The notes beneath the pieces are model-generated. The model made no database searches and was not told the DNA's origin. It saw only the letters and a program-made list of their open reading frames with translations. A stretch of 64,000 nucleotides of DNA from a virus. The stretch covers positions 64,001 through 128,000 of IMG/VR virus record IMGVR_UViG_3300037993_001242; one strand, given 5' to 3'. This document shows positions 55,023 to 64,000 of this stretch, one piece after another. The position numbers and the translations under genes are program-made. Each line of letters begins with the position of its first letter. The first letter of the stretch is position 1.

Positions 55023-55453
55023 AACGTATCTTTTTTGCCAGCCTGCTTTGTGCAATTGCCACCGGATGCACCAGTCTTCATGACACGGTGATCTCGTCCA
55101 CGGCCACGACCCTTGGCGTTGAAGTCTCCCAAAACCCCGCCACGCAGCTTTATCAAGCCAAGCTGGGCTATTGCCGGGCGGAACTGGCCTTCGTGCCCAC
55201 GGATCGTGGGCAAGCCACCAACCAAATCGGCGGGGCCGCCAGCACTGGCAACGTGATCATGGAATTGAGCTTGAAGAATATCTTTGCGGGTGGCGGAGTA
55301 TACCAACGGCTGGCCATCGGCAGCACAGCGGTAAGCCAACCCGGCGCAGTGTTCATGTTTGCCAAAGATCAAAACGGACAGATTTCAACCAACACCGCCG
55401 CCATCATTCAGCAAAATCTGCCGCTGATGCTGAACCGGCCAATGAAACCATAA
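55019..55453 (+). CDS. Lipoprotein
   Basis: Lipobox IATGC. Confidence 0.75.
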   Translation: MKRIFFASLLCAIATGCTSLHDTVISSTATTLGVEVSQNPATQLYQAKLGYCRAELAFVPTDRGQATNQIGGAASTGNVIMELSLKNIFAGGGVYQRLAIGSTAVSQPGAVFMFAKDQNGQISTNTAAIIQQNLPLMLNRPMKP

Positions 55454-55454
55454 C

Positions 55455-57137
55455 ATGCTTGCTGTATACACTTATTTTGATGCAAACGGCATTCAGCGTA
55501 ACGCTGAATCTAACGCATTTAATTTTGTCGGCACGTGGACACGGTCAGGAACTTATTCGTCCACTACACTGGACACGGTCAATTACAGCAACGGCCAGTT
55601 TACTTGCATCATAAACAACTATGGCAGCATTCCCGCAAATTCCTCAGCGTGGTCACCCCTCGTTTTGCGTATACCTGCATCCGGCACCGGCGTTGATGAA
55701 GCTTTAATCGTAGCTGAAGCAGCCTACTCTATTGCCGTTATAGGCACCAATGCTGCCGCACAGGCTCAACTCACTGCCAACACTGCCTTTTCGATTGCAG
55801 TTATTGGAACAAACACAGGGTCTAGTGCCTATGCACTGGCGGCAACCGCCGATGCTGTTGCACAGGAAGCGCTCAGCATCGCCATCATCGGGACTAACAT
55901 TGGAACCACAGCGTATAGCATAGCTACAACGGGAAGTAATGCAGTGTATCAAGGCTACACACTGTCCGGCATTGTAATTGCCACGGGAAGTAACTTTGCT
56001 AGTTTGGGTTTTACTCCACCGCCAAACACGCGGTTGATCAACACTGCTGCGCCTTTGGATGGCGGCGGTGATCTGAGTGCCGACCGGACAATCTCCATCA
56101 CTCAGTCCGGCACCAATACCGATGGTTATCTGTCCAGCACCGACTGGATTACATTCGAGACCGCTTCAACCAACGCTTCCGCTGCCCTTTTGGCTGCTGG
56201 AGCCGCCAGCGCCATTGCATCAACCGGCACTAACACAGCAAACGAAGCACTCAGTATTGCCATCATCGGTACCGATGTTGGAACCAATGCGTATACGTTA
56301 GCTACAACGGGAAGTAATACAGCTTGGGAAGCTCTTAGTATTGCTATCATAGGAACAAATGCTGCTGCTGCTGCTGTCCAGCCAGCACGCAACATCAACA
56401 CTAATACACCCTTGTCGGGTGGTGGCGATTTGAGCGCTGATCGCACACTTTCCATAACTCAATCCGGTTCCAACACCAGCGGTTATCTCTCGAACACCGA
56501 CTGGGGCACTTTCAATGCCAAAGTTACAACGACCCGCGCCATCAACACTAATGCACCTTTAACCGGCGGCGGAGATTTGTCCGCTGACCGGACGTTGTCA
56601 ATCACTCAATCGGGCAGCAATACCGACGGCTATCTATCCAGCACCGACTGGGGCACTTTCAATGCCAAACAAAACTCATTGGGCAATCTCAACGGAATCA
56701 TCAAAGGCAACGGCAGCAACACTTATACCGTGGCCACTTCGGGCACCGATTACGCTCCGGGATATTCTGGAGTTCCCGTTGGTGGCATCATCGCATGGGC
56801 AAAATCGCTAACCAACACGCCCGCACTGCCCATAGGCTACGTGGAATGCAATGGACAAACTTTAAGCGACGCAAACAGCGTCTATAACGGAATTGTCATT
56901 CCCAATCTGAACGGCTCCACGGACGCCACCAAGCGTTTCCTGCGCGGAGCCACAACTTCCGGCGGCACGGGTGGATCAGCCACACACACGCATAGTGTAG
57001 GCTCTGCTACCGATAACCATTTTATAACCAGTGCCTCTCCCATAGCCACTGCCGTAACCAGTATCTCTGTGTCCACCGGTTCAGCTTCCACGATACCAAC
57101 ATACTACGAAGTAGTCTATGTCATGCGCGTAAAATGA
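55455..57137 (+). CDS. Tail fibre-like protein with internal repeats and collar-like C-domain
   Basis: Three INT.(A/T)PL.GGGDLSADRT..ITQSG.NT.GYLS.TDW.TF repeats; VPVGGIIAW...VECNGQ...PNL. Confidence 0.75.
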   Translation: MLAVYTYFDANGIQRNAESNAFNFVGTWTRSGTYSSTTLDTVNYSNGQFTCIINNYGSIPANSSAWSPLVLRIPASGTGVDEALIVAEAAYSIAVIGTNAAAQAQLTANTAFSIAVIGTNTGSSAYALAATADAVAQEALSIAIIGTNIGTTAYSIATTGSNAVYQGYTLSGIVIATGSNFASLGFTPPPNTRLINTAAPLDGGGDLSADRTISITQSGTNTDGYLSSTDWITFETASTNASAALLAAGAASAIASTGTNTANEALSIAIIGTDVGTNAYTLATTGSNTAWEALSIAIIGTNAAAAAVQPARNINTNTPLSGGGDLSADRTLSITQSGSNTSGYLSNTDWGTFNAKVTTTRAINTNAPLTGGGDLSADRTLSITQSGSNTDGYLSSTDWGTFNAKQNSLGNLNGIIKGNGSNTYTVATSGTDYAPGYSGVPVGGIIAWAKSLTNTPALPIGYVECNGQTLSDANSVYNGIVIPNLNGSTDATKRFLRGATTSGGTGGSATHTHSVGSATDNHFITSASPIATAVTSISVSTGSASTIPTYYEVVYVMRVK

Positions 57138-57757
57138 ATACGACCATCATCATTTCGACAGACAAAACCGTCCATCCACGGTGTCTGGAAGCAGTCTGGT
57201 CGCAGTCGGTCAGCGATTTTAACGTGCTGATCACCCGGCGTGCTGCCGTCCTTGAGAATAATGATCCGATTGTCGCCAAGGAACTTAACATCGCCGCCAA
57301 CCGGGAGGATGCCCGAAAACTGGCGCTGGCTTTTGGAAGCGAGCATTACCTGTGGCTGGACTCGGACGTGGTCATGCCTCCCAACGCCTTGGCGGAACTT
57401 TTGATTCAAGCGGAAAACTCCGGCAAGGAAGCCGTGTCGGGTTATTACCCCATGAGACATTCTCCCCACTTGTTCGCCAGCGGACGACTCACGCCTGATG
57501 GCGTTGTTGTTCACTTCAGCGCCATAGCTCCCAGTCTGGTGCAGGCTGATTTTGCCGGTTTTGGCTGCATGTTGGTGTCGCGGCGTTTGATGGAATTGTG
57601 CCGGATCAATTCAGGCACGGACAAGATGCTCCGACTCACGGACGGACAAACTGTTTATTTCGACGATTCGGTGGATTTCTGCGAGCAGCTATACCAGCAC
57701 GGGGCAACACTTTACATGGATGGAAACGTGATTTGTGAGCATTTGGTAGCTAGTTAA
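57134..57757 (+). CDS. Glycosyltransferase family 2-like protein
   Basis: LWLDSDVV, DFAGFGCMLV, DDSVDFC. Confidence 0.75.
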   Translation: MNTTIIISTDKTVHPRCLEAVWSQSVSDFNVLITRRAAVLENNDPIVAKELNIAANREDARKLALAFGSEHYLWLDSDVVMPPNALAELLIQAENSGKEAVSGYYPMRHSPHLFASGRLTPDGVVVHFSAIAPSLVQADFAGFGCMLVSRRLMELCRINSGTDKMLRLTDGQTVYFDDSVDFCEQLYQHGATLYMDGNVICEHLVAS

Positions 57758-57774
57758 ATAAGCGCTCATAATCT

Positions 57775-58224
57775 TTAACCATTAAGCATCAAATCAACAA
57801 GTTCTTGTGCCGACTCAATGGCGAATTTGGACTTGATCCGGCTCAATCGGTTTTGAGCAACGCCAAGTTCACGCTCGCTACGAAGAACGTGCTTACCAGC
57901 GATGTGTGCCAATGCGCGCTTGAGCGTGGTGACCACCAACGGTGGCAAGGTTCTGCCCCTTTCAGGATCGTGGACAAGGCCCCCACCGATGGCTTTTAAC
58001 AATTCCGAAAATGCCTGATCTGGCTCCAAGTCCAGAAACTTGTCAACCTGCTCCGGCGTAACCTTGCGCTGTGCCAGCCAGTCGTAAAGCGCTTGGGTGA
58101 CGTTTTCAGACGAATCCCCGCCGTCGAGAGCCTGCTTCAGCATCAAAAAAGCCGGGCTGAGAATCCCCGTGGGATTCGTCGGCCCGGATAGATCACTGAA
58201 TTTTGCAATGCCAAATTTTGGCAT
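57775..58224 (-). CDS. Hypothetical protein with C-terminal AQELVDLML
   Basis: 149 aa. Confidence 0.65.
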   Translation of the reverse strand: MPKFGIAKFSDLSGPTNPTGILSPAFLMLKQALDGGDSSENVTQALYDWLAQRKVTPEQVDKFLDLEPDQAFSELLKAIGGGLVHDPERGRTLPPLVVTTLKRALAHIAGKHVLRSERELGVAQNRLSRIKSKFAIESAQELVDLMLNG

Positions 58225-58225
58225 A

Positions 58226-58648
58226 TTACGCAGGTTTTGACGGCGTTGCCGGTGGTGACGGCGGAATTACGCCAGACTGCTTGCCCAACTGGTGCAACCA
58301 CGTGGCCAAACCACCCAAGGCGGCTCCAGCCAGCGCCGAATTGACCAGACCTTGGCTGCCCCACAGCCCGACCAAGTTCGACAGCAAATCGACCAATGCG
58401 CCTACGAGAGCCGCTGCCACCGGCAGCAAACCAGAAGGCACAACGGGCAGGTACTTTTTGATCAGCGCCACCAACACCAACGTAAGCGGCATGATCAGCA
58501 CCTGCAACCACTGGGGGATCGCCGACAGCGACGGCAGGCCGCCGTTAACGACCGGGGGAACGTTGGTTCCGGGCACGTTTGTCTGTGCCCAGACAAAACC
58601 AATACCCAGCACTGTGAATAGAATTGCGAGAAACGTTGTTCTTTTCAT
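58226..58648 (-). CDS. Membrane protein (holin-like)
   Basis: Signal sequence plus 3 TM helices; GTAGTTA-N4-ATG. Confidence 0.6.
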   Translation of the reverse strand: MKRTTFLAILFTVLGIGFVWAQTNVPGTNVPPVVNGGLPSLSAIPQWLQVLIMPLTLVLVALIKKYLPVVPSGLLPVAAALVGALVDLLSNLVGLWGSQGLVNSALAGAALGGLATWLHQLGKQSGVIPPSPPATPSKPA

Positions 58649-58684
58649 GCAATAACTACGACGGTCAATCATTGTATTTAGAGC

Positions 58685-60124
58685 GTGAAAGCTGACGTGC
58701 TTGTTAATCTGCTACTCGAACTGAACGTGCTAAACGTTCAGGATATAGACAGAGAACTCAAAAAGCTCGCCGCCTACGTCGAAGACCCCCGCGCCCAGAA
58801 GTGGCTGATGCGGGTCGCCCGGAATTTCATCATCAACATCGATCAGTTGCTGAAACAGCCCTACCGCGCCAAAGCCGAACCTCGCGGCCATTTTGGCAGC
58901 AAGTATCGTTACGAACCCACCGGCGGATTTGATCCCAAGCAGGCTCCCGCCGAACCGTCATCGGAAACCAGAATCAAATGGTGGGGCGAACAGCCGATGG
59001 CCGGTGATCCCAATGCCTGCCACACCTGCGGCGGCAGCGGTTACGTCCAGACGATCAAACACACGGAAACGGGCGAAGAAGTCCAAGCTCCGTGGACAAC
59101 CCGTGATCCTGAAGAAGAGCGCAAACGCTGCCCAGACTGTAAAGGCACCGGAAAACGAAAATATCAAAAGCCAAGCGGGGGCGAAGGTTTCTTTCCTGAA
59201 TCCAAAACCCTTATCGAAGCCGGGCGCAAAAGAGCAGCAGCAATGTCACCCGAAGAGCCAATAGAACCTGATCCGGCGGGTGTCTACACCAGCACACTGC
59301 ATGAGCCTGCGATCCAACGGCACATCGACCAAAACTTCCGGCCTTATCGAACCAAGACCGCGCCCAAAAAAGAACTTTTTGGCGGGCCGCCACCGGCTTC
59401 AAAAGTGGAGCCGTGGGTCAAAGAGCGAGAAACGGAACAGGAACTGCATCATTTCGACCCGATCCAAGTGCGCCGCCGGGAACTCTGGATTAACCTCGAA
59501 AATCTGGTCAATTATTTCAACTGGAAGTCCAGCGTGCTGGCCAAAAGAGACAGTGAAAAACCGGAGGAACAAAACCGGGCCAGAAGCGCTGAACTGTTCT
59601 TCCGCCAACTGGAGACGATGCCGACTGCCGATCTCGAAGGTTTCCGGGACATCATGCGCCAAGGGCAGGATTACGCTTACGACGTGGAAAACCGGCCATG
59701 GCTGTACATGACCGACCCGAAGTTGGTCTCCGAATACCGGGGTTTGAAGCTGATCCGAGCCACACTCTGGCAGACAGTTTATCATTTGAGCCGACGCAAG
59801 ACAGCGAAGGACGATGAACCCACGTGGTGTACCAATACGGAGCACCACGCCAAGAGCTATTCAAGTCAGGGGCCGCTTTATTTCGTCGACAAAAACGGCT
59901 ACCCGTACGTCCTGCTGCATTTTGAAACCACGCAAGCTAAAGGTCTGAACGATGCTGAAATCGAAGCACCGGTAGCCAAAGAAATCGCTCCTCTCTTCGC
60001 CGATCCCCAACGCTTCCCTCTTGAAAAATTTGGCGAAACCGAAAGACGATTTGGCGGCGGCGGGCTGGCCCTTTTGAAGGCGGCGGTCAAAGCCTATCGG
60101 CAAAAAGCCGGTATACAGGGTTAA
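58685..60124 (+). CDS. Tagged PcfJ-like protein with DnaJ-type Zn finger
   Basis: ADVLVNLLLE tag; CHTCGGSG/CPDCKGTG; TWCT...GPLYFV...QAKGLND. Confidence 0.7.
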   Translation: MKADVLVNLLLELNVLNVQDIDRELKKLAAYVEDPRAQKWLMRVARNFIINIDQLLKQPYRAKAEPRGHFGSKYRYEPTGGFDPKQAPAEPSSETRIKWWGEQPMAGDPNACHTCGGSGYVQTIKHTETGEEVQAPWTTRDPEEERKRCPDCKGTGKRKYQKPSGGEGFFPESKTLIEAGRKRAAAMSPEEPIEPDPAGVYTSTLHEPAIQRHIDQNFRPYRTKTAPKKELFGGPPPASKVEPWVKERETEQELHHFDPIQVRRRELWINLENLVNYFNWKSSVLAKRDSEKPEEQNRARSAELFFRQLETMPTADLEGFRDIMRQGQDYAYDVENRPWLYMTDPKLVSEYRGLKLIRATLWQTVYHLSRRKTAKDDEPTWCTNTEHHAKSYSSQGPLYFVDKNGYPYVLLHFETTQAKGLNDAEIEAPVAKEIAPLFADPQRFPLEKFGETERRFGGGGLALLKAAVKAYRQKAGIQG

Positions 60125-60182
60125 AATTTCGTAAATACGAAATTTTATTGACGTTTGGCCCGGAATTTAGTTCTCTGTGGGC

Positions 60183-60983
60183 ATGAACGTAATCAACGTC
60201 AATGACGTGGAACGTGAATTGCGCAAAATCGCGGCACATGCCATCTATCCACAGGCGCAGCAATGGGTGCTCTCCGTTGGCCGAAACCATATTCTTGGCA
60301 AAATCGGCGAAAAAGACGCGGATATGAATTTCCGGGTTTACGATCCGGCCAAGATCAGACCTGATGTATACGGTGAACCACCACCCGTCGCCAAATTGCC
60401 GGAGTGGGCCAAGGAAGCGATCAAACAAGGCGAGGAACTCCATTGGTTTGACCCGGTTCAAGTGCAGCGCCGACCTTTGTGGCAGGCCATCAACGTCATC
60501 GTGACGTGGTTTAACATCTGGCCGCCCACCGACACCCGCTTGCGCCGCCTTGACCGTGTCAATTTCCACACGGCCTTGGCTGGAGCCGCCATGTGGTTTC
60601 AGGATGTTCAGCAAAACATCTGGGAGTACGTCAAAGACAAGCCGCCGGTGATGAAAACCTACGAGCACGGCTTCTTTTGGGTGCGACTGGTGACTGCCCT
60701 TCACTTCGAGCGCGAAGGACGCCTGATGAACCATTGCGTCGGCAACGGTTCCTATTACGAGCGCTGGCGCAACGCCAAGTCAGAGTACTACTCGCTGCGC
60801 GACAAGCACAACAAACCCCATGCCACGGTCGAAGTCACGGTGGATATGCGCCGCCGGGGAGCCGTACTCCAGTGCAAAGGAAACAGCAATCACAAGCCCG
60901 CACCAATTTACCAGCCGTACATCCGCCGGTTTTTCAACGACATGGGCTGGACGATCTCCGGTGATCAGCATAACATCGATTAA
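60183..60983 (+). CDS. PcfJ-like protein
   Basis: REGRLMNHCVG...YSLRD..NKPHATVE...QCKGNSN. Confidence 0.8.
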   Translation: MNVINVNDVERELRKIAAHAIYPQAQQWVLSVGRNHILGKIGEKDADMNFRVYDPAKIRPDVYGEPPPVAKLPEWAKEAIKQGEELHWFDPVQVQRRPLWQAINVIVTWFNIWPPTDTRLRRLDRVNFHTALAGAAMWFQDVQQNIWEYVKDKPPVMKTYEHGFFWVRLVTALHFEREGRLMNHCVGNGSYYERWRNAKSEYYSLRDKHNKPHATVEVTVDMRRRGAVLQCKGNSNHKPAPIYQPYIRRFFNDMGWTISGDQHNID

Positions 60984-60988
60984 AGCGT

Positions 60989-61264
60989 ATGCCCGACGCC
61001 GTCAAAGCGGCAGTCGTCTCCGCCGTCACTCAACACGCCATCGACCGCTACTTGGAGCGGACGGGTGGCAAGAAAGCACATCGGGCTACGAACACACTGT
61101 TCTGCCTTGCCGAATCAGCTATACCCATTGGCAACAACCGCTATTATGCGCGGGGCTGGATCGTGGTGCTCAAAGATGGTGTGGTCAAAACCGCCTACCG
61201 GCCAAAAACGCGTGAACAAATGGACGCCGTATACCGCGCCTGTTCAGCCAAAAAACCGACATGA
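60989..61264 (+). CDS. Small hypothetical protein (TQHAIDRYLER)
   Basis: Motif reminiscent of RNase-toxin-like folds. Confidence 0.6.
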   Translation: MPDAVKAAVVSAVTQHAIDRYLERTGGKKAHRATNTLFCLAESAIPIGNNRYYARGWIVVLKDGVVKTAYRPKTREQMDAVYRACSAKKPT

Positions 61265-61521
61265 AAGTACCGCCTTCAATTTGTCCCACCTGCCAATACC
61301 TCAACGACGCTGCCACGTATTTGCAGGATGAAACGGTTCAACCCAAACCCGATGATTTTTCCATCTGTCTTAATTGCGGCGAGATTTTGATCTTCAACGC
61401 TGACCTGACCACACGGAGCGTGACCTTGAATGACTTGGTCGATCTGCCACCGGAAATTCACGCTGAATTAACCCGGATGCAGCGGGCTGTCCGCCGACTG
61501 CCAGAACAACCACAAAAATAA
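61261..61521 (+). CDS. Small Zn-ribbon protein
   Basis: CPTC, CLNCG. Confidence 0.65.
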   Translation: MKVPPSICPTCQYLNDAATYLQDETVQPKPDDFSICLNCGEILIFNADLTTRSVTLNDLVDLPPEIHAELTRMQRAVRRLPEQPQK

Positions 61522-61577
61522 AACTGGCCAGCGCACTCACGCTGGCCAGTTGACGACTGCCGAAGCAGACTGATTGA

Positions 61578-62111
61578 TTATTTGTTGTCCGAGCGTACTG
61601 CCGGACGTTTCAGCGTCGCCAAAGGCATTACCGGCGCATTGCCCGATTCACCCAGTTTGATCCCGGCCACAATCGCCCCCAAGTACGACTTGGCGGCGTA
61701 GCTGCCGTTCACAGCATCTTTGACATCGGATGCCCAGTAAATCTGATAAATGCTTTCGATGGTGGTCGTCAGGATGCCTGCGATTGGCGTCTGGAGCACG
61801 GCTACAGGCAGCTTTTGCAGCGCGGCTTCCAAGGCACCCGGCGAGTAGTCTGTCCCGCCCAGAACGTCGCCAATGGCAGCCGCCGCAAGATTGGCGTAAT
61901 TGGTGGTCTCCGCCGCATTTTGCGTCATGCCGTAAGCCACCCCTTCAGCCACCGCTGTTGACATGTAATTGGAAACCGTGTTGATGGTATTGGTGCTGGT
62001 GATCAAACTACCGCCACCGAGGATTGCACAACCCGGCGTTACCAACGCCGTGACCAGTAAGCCGCCGAGAAGCAGCGCGGCACCTGCTGTTTTGATGTAT
62101 ACGCTTTTCAT
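61578..62111 (-). CDS. Lipoprotein
   Basis: Lipobox VTPGC. Confidence 0.7.
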   Translation of the reverse strand: MKSVYIKTAGAALLLGGLLVTALVTPGCAILGGGSLITSTNTINTVSNYMSTAVAEGVAYGMTQNAAETTNYANLAAAAIGDVLGGTDYSPGALEAALQKLPVAVLQTPIAGILTTTIESIYQIYWASDVKDAVNGSYAAKSYLGAIVAGIKLGESGNAPVMPLATLKRPAVRSDNK

Positions 62112-62151
62112 ATTTTTGCTTGTTAACTACACGACAAAGAACGGATTAAAA

Positions 62152-62487
62152 ATGGGTTCTTTTTACGATATGAGCGCGAAAGTTATTCACGGCCAATACC
62201 ATCACGGTGCCAACCACCGTCACTGGCGATCATTTTTTCAGGAAACCACCGGCTACAAAGTGGGTTCACCTGCGGATACGCGGGCATTTGCACCGGAAGG
62301 CCCGACAATCGCCATCAATCCTGATATTGGGCCGGTTCCCGGCGAAATCGCGATTCCCACCGCAATTCGCGTTTATTTGGATGGGCCGACGCCATTCATT
62401 CGGACTTTCCGGCGCGGGCTAAATTGGCTCGACTGCAAAGTAACGCACATCCATGGCGTCATCTCCAGTTTCCTGCGCGGTCAGTAA
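62152..62487 (+). CDS. Hypothetical protein
   Basis: Start MGSFYDM. Confidence 0.55.
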   Translation: MGSFYDMSAKVIHGQYHHGANHRHWRSFFQETTGYKVGSPADTRAFAPEGPTIAINPDIGPVPGEIAIPTAIRVYLDGPTPFIRTFRRGLNWLDCKVTHIHGVISSFLRGQ

Positions 62488-62704
62488 CCAAACGATCAAG
62501 ATACTCGATGATTTCATCGGGATTGCCGTCGGCGTTCAAGGCTTCCAACCATTGCTGGATGCGCAGGCGTACGTCACCCTTTTCTTTGACCTTGGCCCAG
62601 TTGTTCCTGAAATCGAAACGTCCGACTTCGTCCTCCATGAACTGACAGGCCAAGTCCTCGGTATCCACCGGGCTGCGCGTTCTACGTATAAGATCAGGCG
62701 TCAT
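62459..62704 (-). CDS. Hypothetical protein
   Basis: GTATTTA-N5-ATG (MTPDLIRR). Confidence 0.55.
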   Translation of the reverse strand: MTPDLIRRTRSPVDTEDLACQFMEDEVGRFDFRNNWAKVKEKGDVRLRIQQWLEALNADGNPDEIIEYLDRLVTDRAGNWR

Positions 62705-62739
62705 CGCCTTTAAATACAACTTGTAGCTATTAGAGATAT

Positions 62740-63429
62740 ATGGCCGCAACACCTTGCAACGTACTGAACACGGTATCCCAGTTCCAACTGGACGCCATGA
62801 CGCAGTTGAACAAAAAGCTCATGAGCCTGCAAAATACGGCGCAGCTTTTGGAGCGCAACGGCGACAGCGCGGCATCCTTCGTAACTCAGCTTAACAATTC
62901 GACGGACAGCTTGACCCGGATCACGGATGTTGACAAAGACCTGTACGACAAGCTGGTTGCAGCCTGTCCTTTCCTGACCAATCCGATCACCGGGCCAAAG
63001 GGTACCAGCGCCAGTGCCGCTTCCAGCGTGGAATCATTGCAAGCCACGGTGATGAAATCATACGACAATCTGATCAATAAACTGCTCAATCATCCCTACA
63101 GCCGGATGCAAAAGCTTCAGGGTGAAATGGACAACATCATCAACCAGTTTGCCGCTAAAAATATACTGGCAACCAACTTCACCCGCTGTATGCAGCAGGC
63201 GTGCAGCACAATTCTTTTCAGTGACCTTGCGCCGGATAATCTCAAGCAACAAGCCCAGATGTACCAGCGTAATTTTACAAACGGGACAGCCAGAGTGTTG
63301 TCACAGGCACAACAGGATAAAGCGGACTTGGTCACGTCGTTAATCGGCCATATTCAAGGTCTTGGCTCAACGGCAGGTAAAACGTATGCCACCGCCAAAG
63401 CCGCATTAACGGCATCTCAAACCGTATGA
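62740..63429 (+). CDS. Helical hypothetical protein (probable structural)
   Basis: 229 aa. Confidence 0.7.
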   Translation: MAATPCNVLNTVSQFQLDAMTQLNKKLMSLQNTAQLLERNGDSAASFVTQLNNSTDSLTRITDVDKDLYDKLVAACPFLTNPITGPKGTSASAASSVESLQATVMKSYDNLINKLLNHPYSRMQKLQGEMDNIINQFAAKNILATNFTRCMQQACSTILFSDLAPDNLKQQAQMYQRNFTNGTARVLSQAQQDKADLVTSLIGHIQGLGSTAGKTYATAKAALTASQTV

Positions 63430-63866
63430 ACGCTGTCGCTCTAGTGACTAAACTGCTGGAAGACGATCCCGACGTGATTCGTCCAAAGGATTACCTGCGC
63501 CAACTTCCAGCGCGAAAACAGGAACGCTGGTGCTTTTCCTCTGCTGACCTACAGCAGCCTGAAAACTGCCACAGCTACGACGAACTCGTCGCCAACGTAA
63601 TAACTGGAGAAGGCGGAGCATCCCGTAGCGTGGAATTCGACAATGAAGAACAAACAGACGTTATTGTCTACAGGAATGGCATCGTCACAAATAAATTTGA
63701 TGATGGAACGATAGGCGTGCCGAAAGAAATTCAAAAACTAGCCGATGACGTTGAGGAGTTGGTAAATCCACGCGGTAATACCGATGAAACCGCTTTTTGC
63801 AACGTTTGGCGCAACGTGTGGACGGACGAAACCGGTGTCTTTCTTGGCTGGGCACCGGAAGAATAG
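63426..63866 (+). CDS. Tagged hypothetical protein (AVALVTKLLE-DDPDVIRP)
   Basis: ATGA overlap with upstream gene; ends in TAG. Confidence 0.75.
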   Translation: MNAVALVTKLLEDDPDVIRPKDYLRQLPARKQERWCFSSADLQQPENCHSYDELVANVITGEGGASRSVEFDNEEQTDVIVYRNGIVTNKFDDGTIGVPKEIQKLADDVEELVNPRGNTDETAFCNVWRNVWTDETGVFLGWAPEE

Positions 63867-63878
63867 GATAAATAGCTG

Positions 63879-64000
63879 ATGCAACACATTTTTGAATTAG
63901 CCAGAGGAGCCAGCGAAGAACAACTGGATCAAATTGAAGCGATCATCCGGGACTCCTTGGAACGCGCCACCAGCGCCGCCGATTTTGAACGACTGACCAA
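63879..64000 (+). CDS. Partial CDS (MQHIFELARG..., runs off window)
   Basis: Open to window end. Confidence 0.5.
   Translation, partial: MQHIFELARGASEEQLDQIEAIIRDSLERATSAADFERLT

Overview
Window from a large (jumbo-type) lytic bacteriophage genome, densely coding on both strands, with no CRISPR array or IS. 1-11.1 kb is a minus-strand RNA array: 20 tRNAs plus one atypical tRNA. It also holds three Y RNA-like genes (two with a circularly permuted, CCA-bearing tRNA module), three non-canonical G-CCA-ended RNAs and several unassigned structured RNAs. 18 of the 21 regular tRNAs in the window have a remodelled elbow (A54, or a compensatory C19-G56 swap). 11.9-21.7 kb is replication: NAD-dependent ligase, UDG-like/PolA fusion and DnaB-like helicase. 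21.7-25.6 kb holds a peptidase and envelope proteins. 25.8-32.6 kb is a sugar/modification cluster (methyltransferases, glycosyltransferase-like proteins, TPP E1 alpha/beta, two radical SAM enzymes). One radical SAM gene carries an intein with an endonuclease gene hidden in its +1 frame. 32.6-45 kb has a baseplate wedge, DinG helicase, MazG-like NTPase, RusA and many proteins sharing an 'AxxLVxxLLE' tag that looks like a capsid-targeting sequence. 47.5-53.3 kb has an amber-suppressor tRNA, HD hydrolase, receiver domain, Fic, kinase-like protein, an ACP with Ser->Glu at its attachment site and a truncated vWA gene. 54.7-64 kb has lipoproteins, a tail-fibre-like protein, GT2 and PcfJ-like paralogs. 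A TA(G/T)TTA-N4-start motif marks many probable late, leaderless genes. All family calls come from motif recognition by eye; no searches were run.
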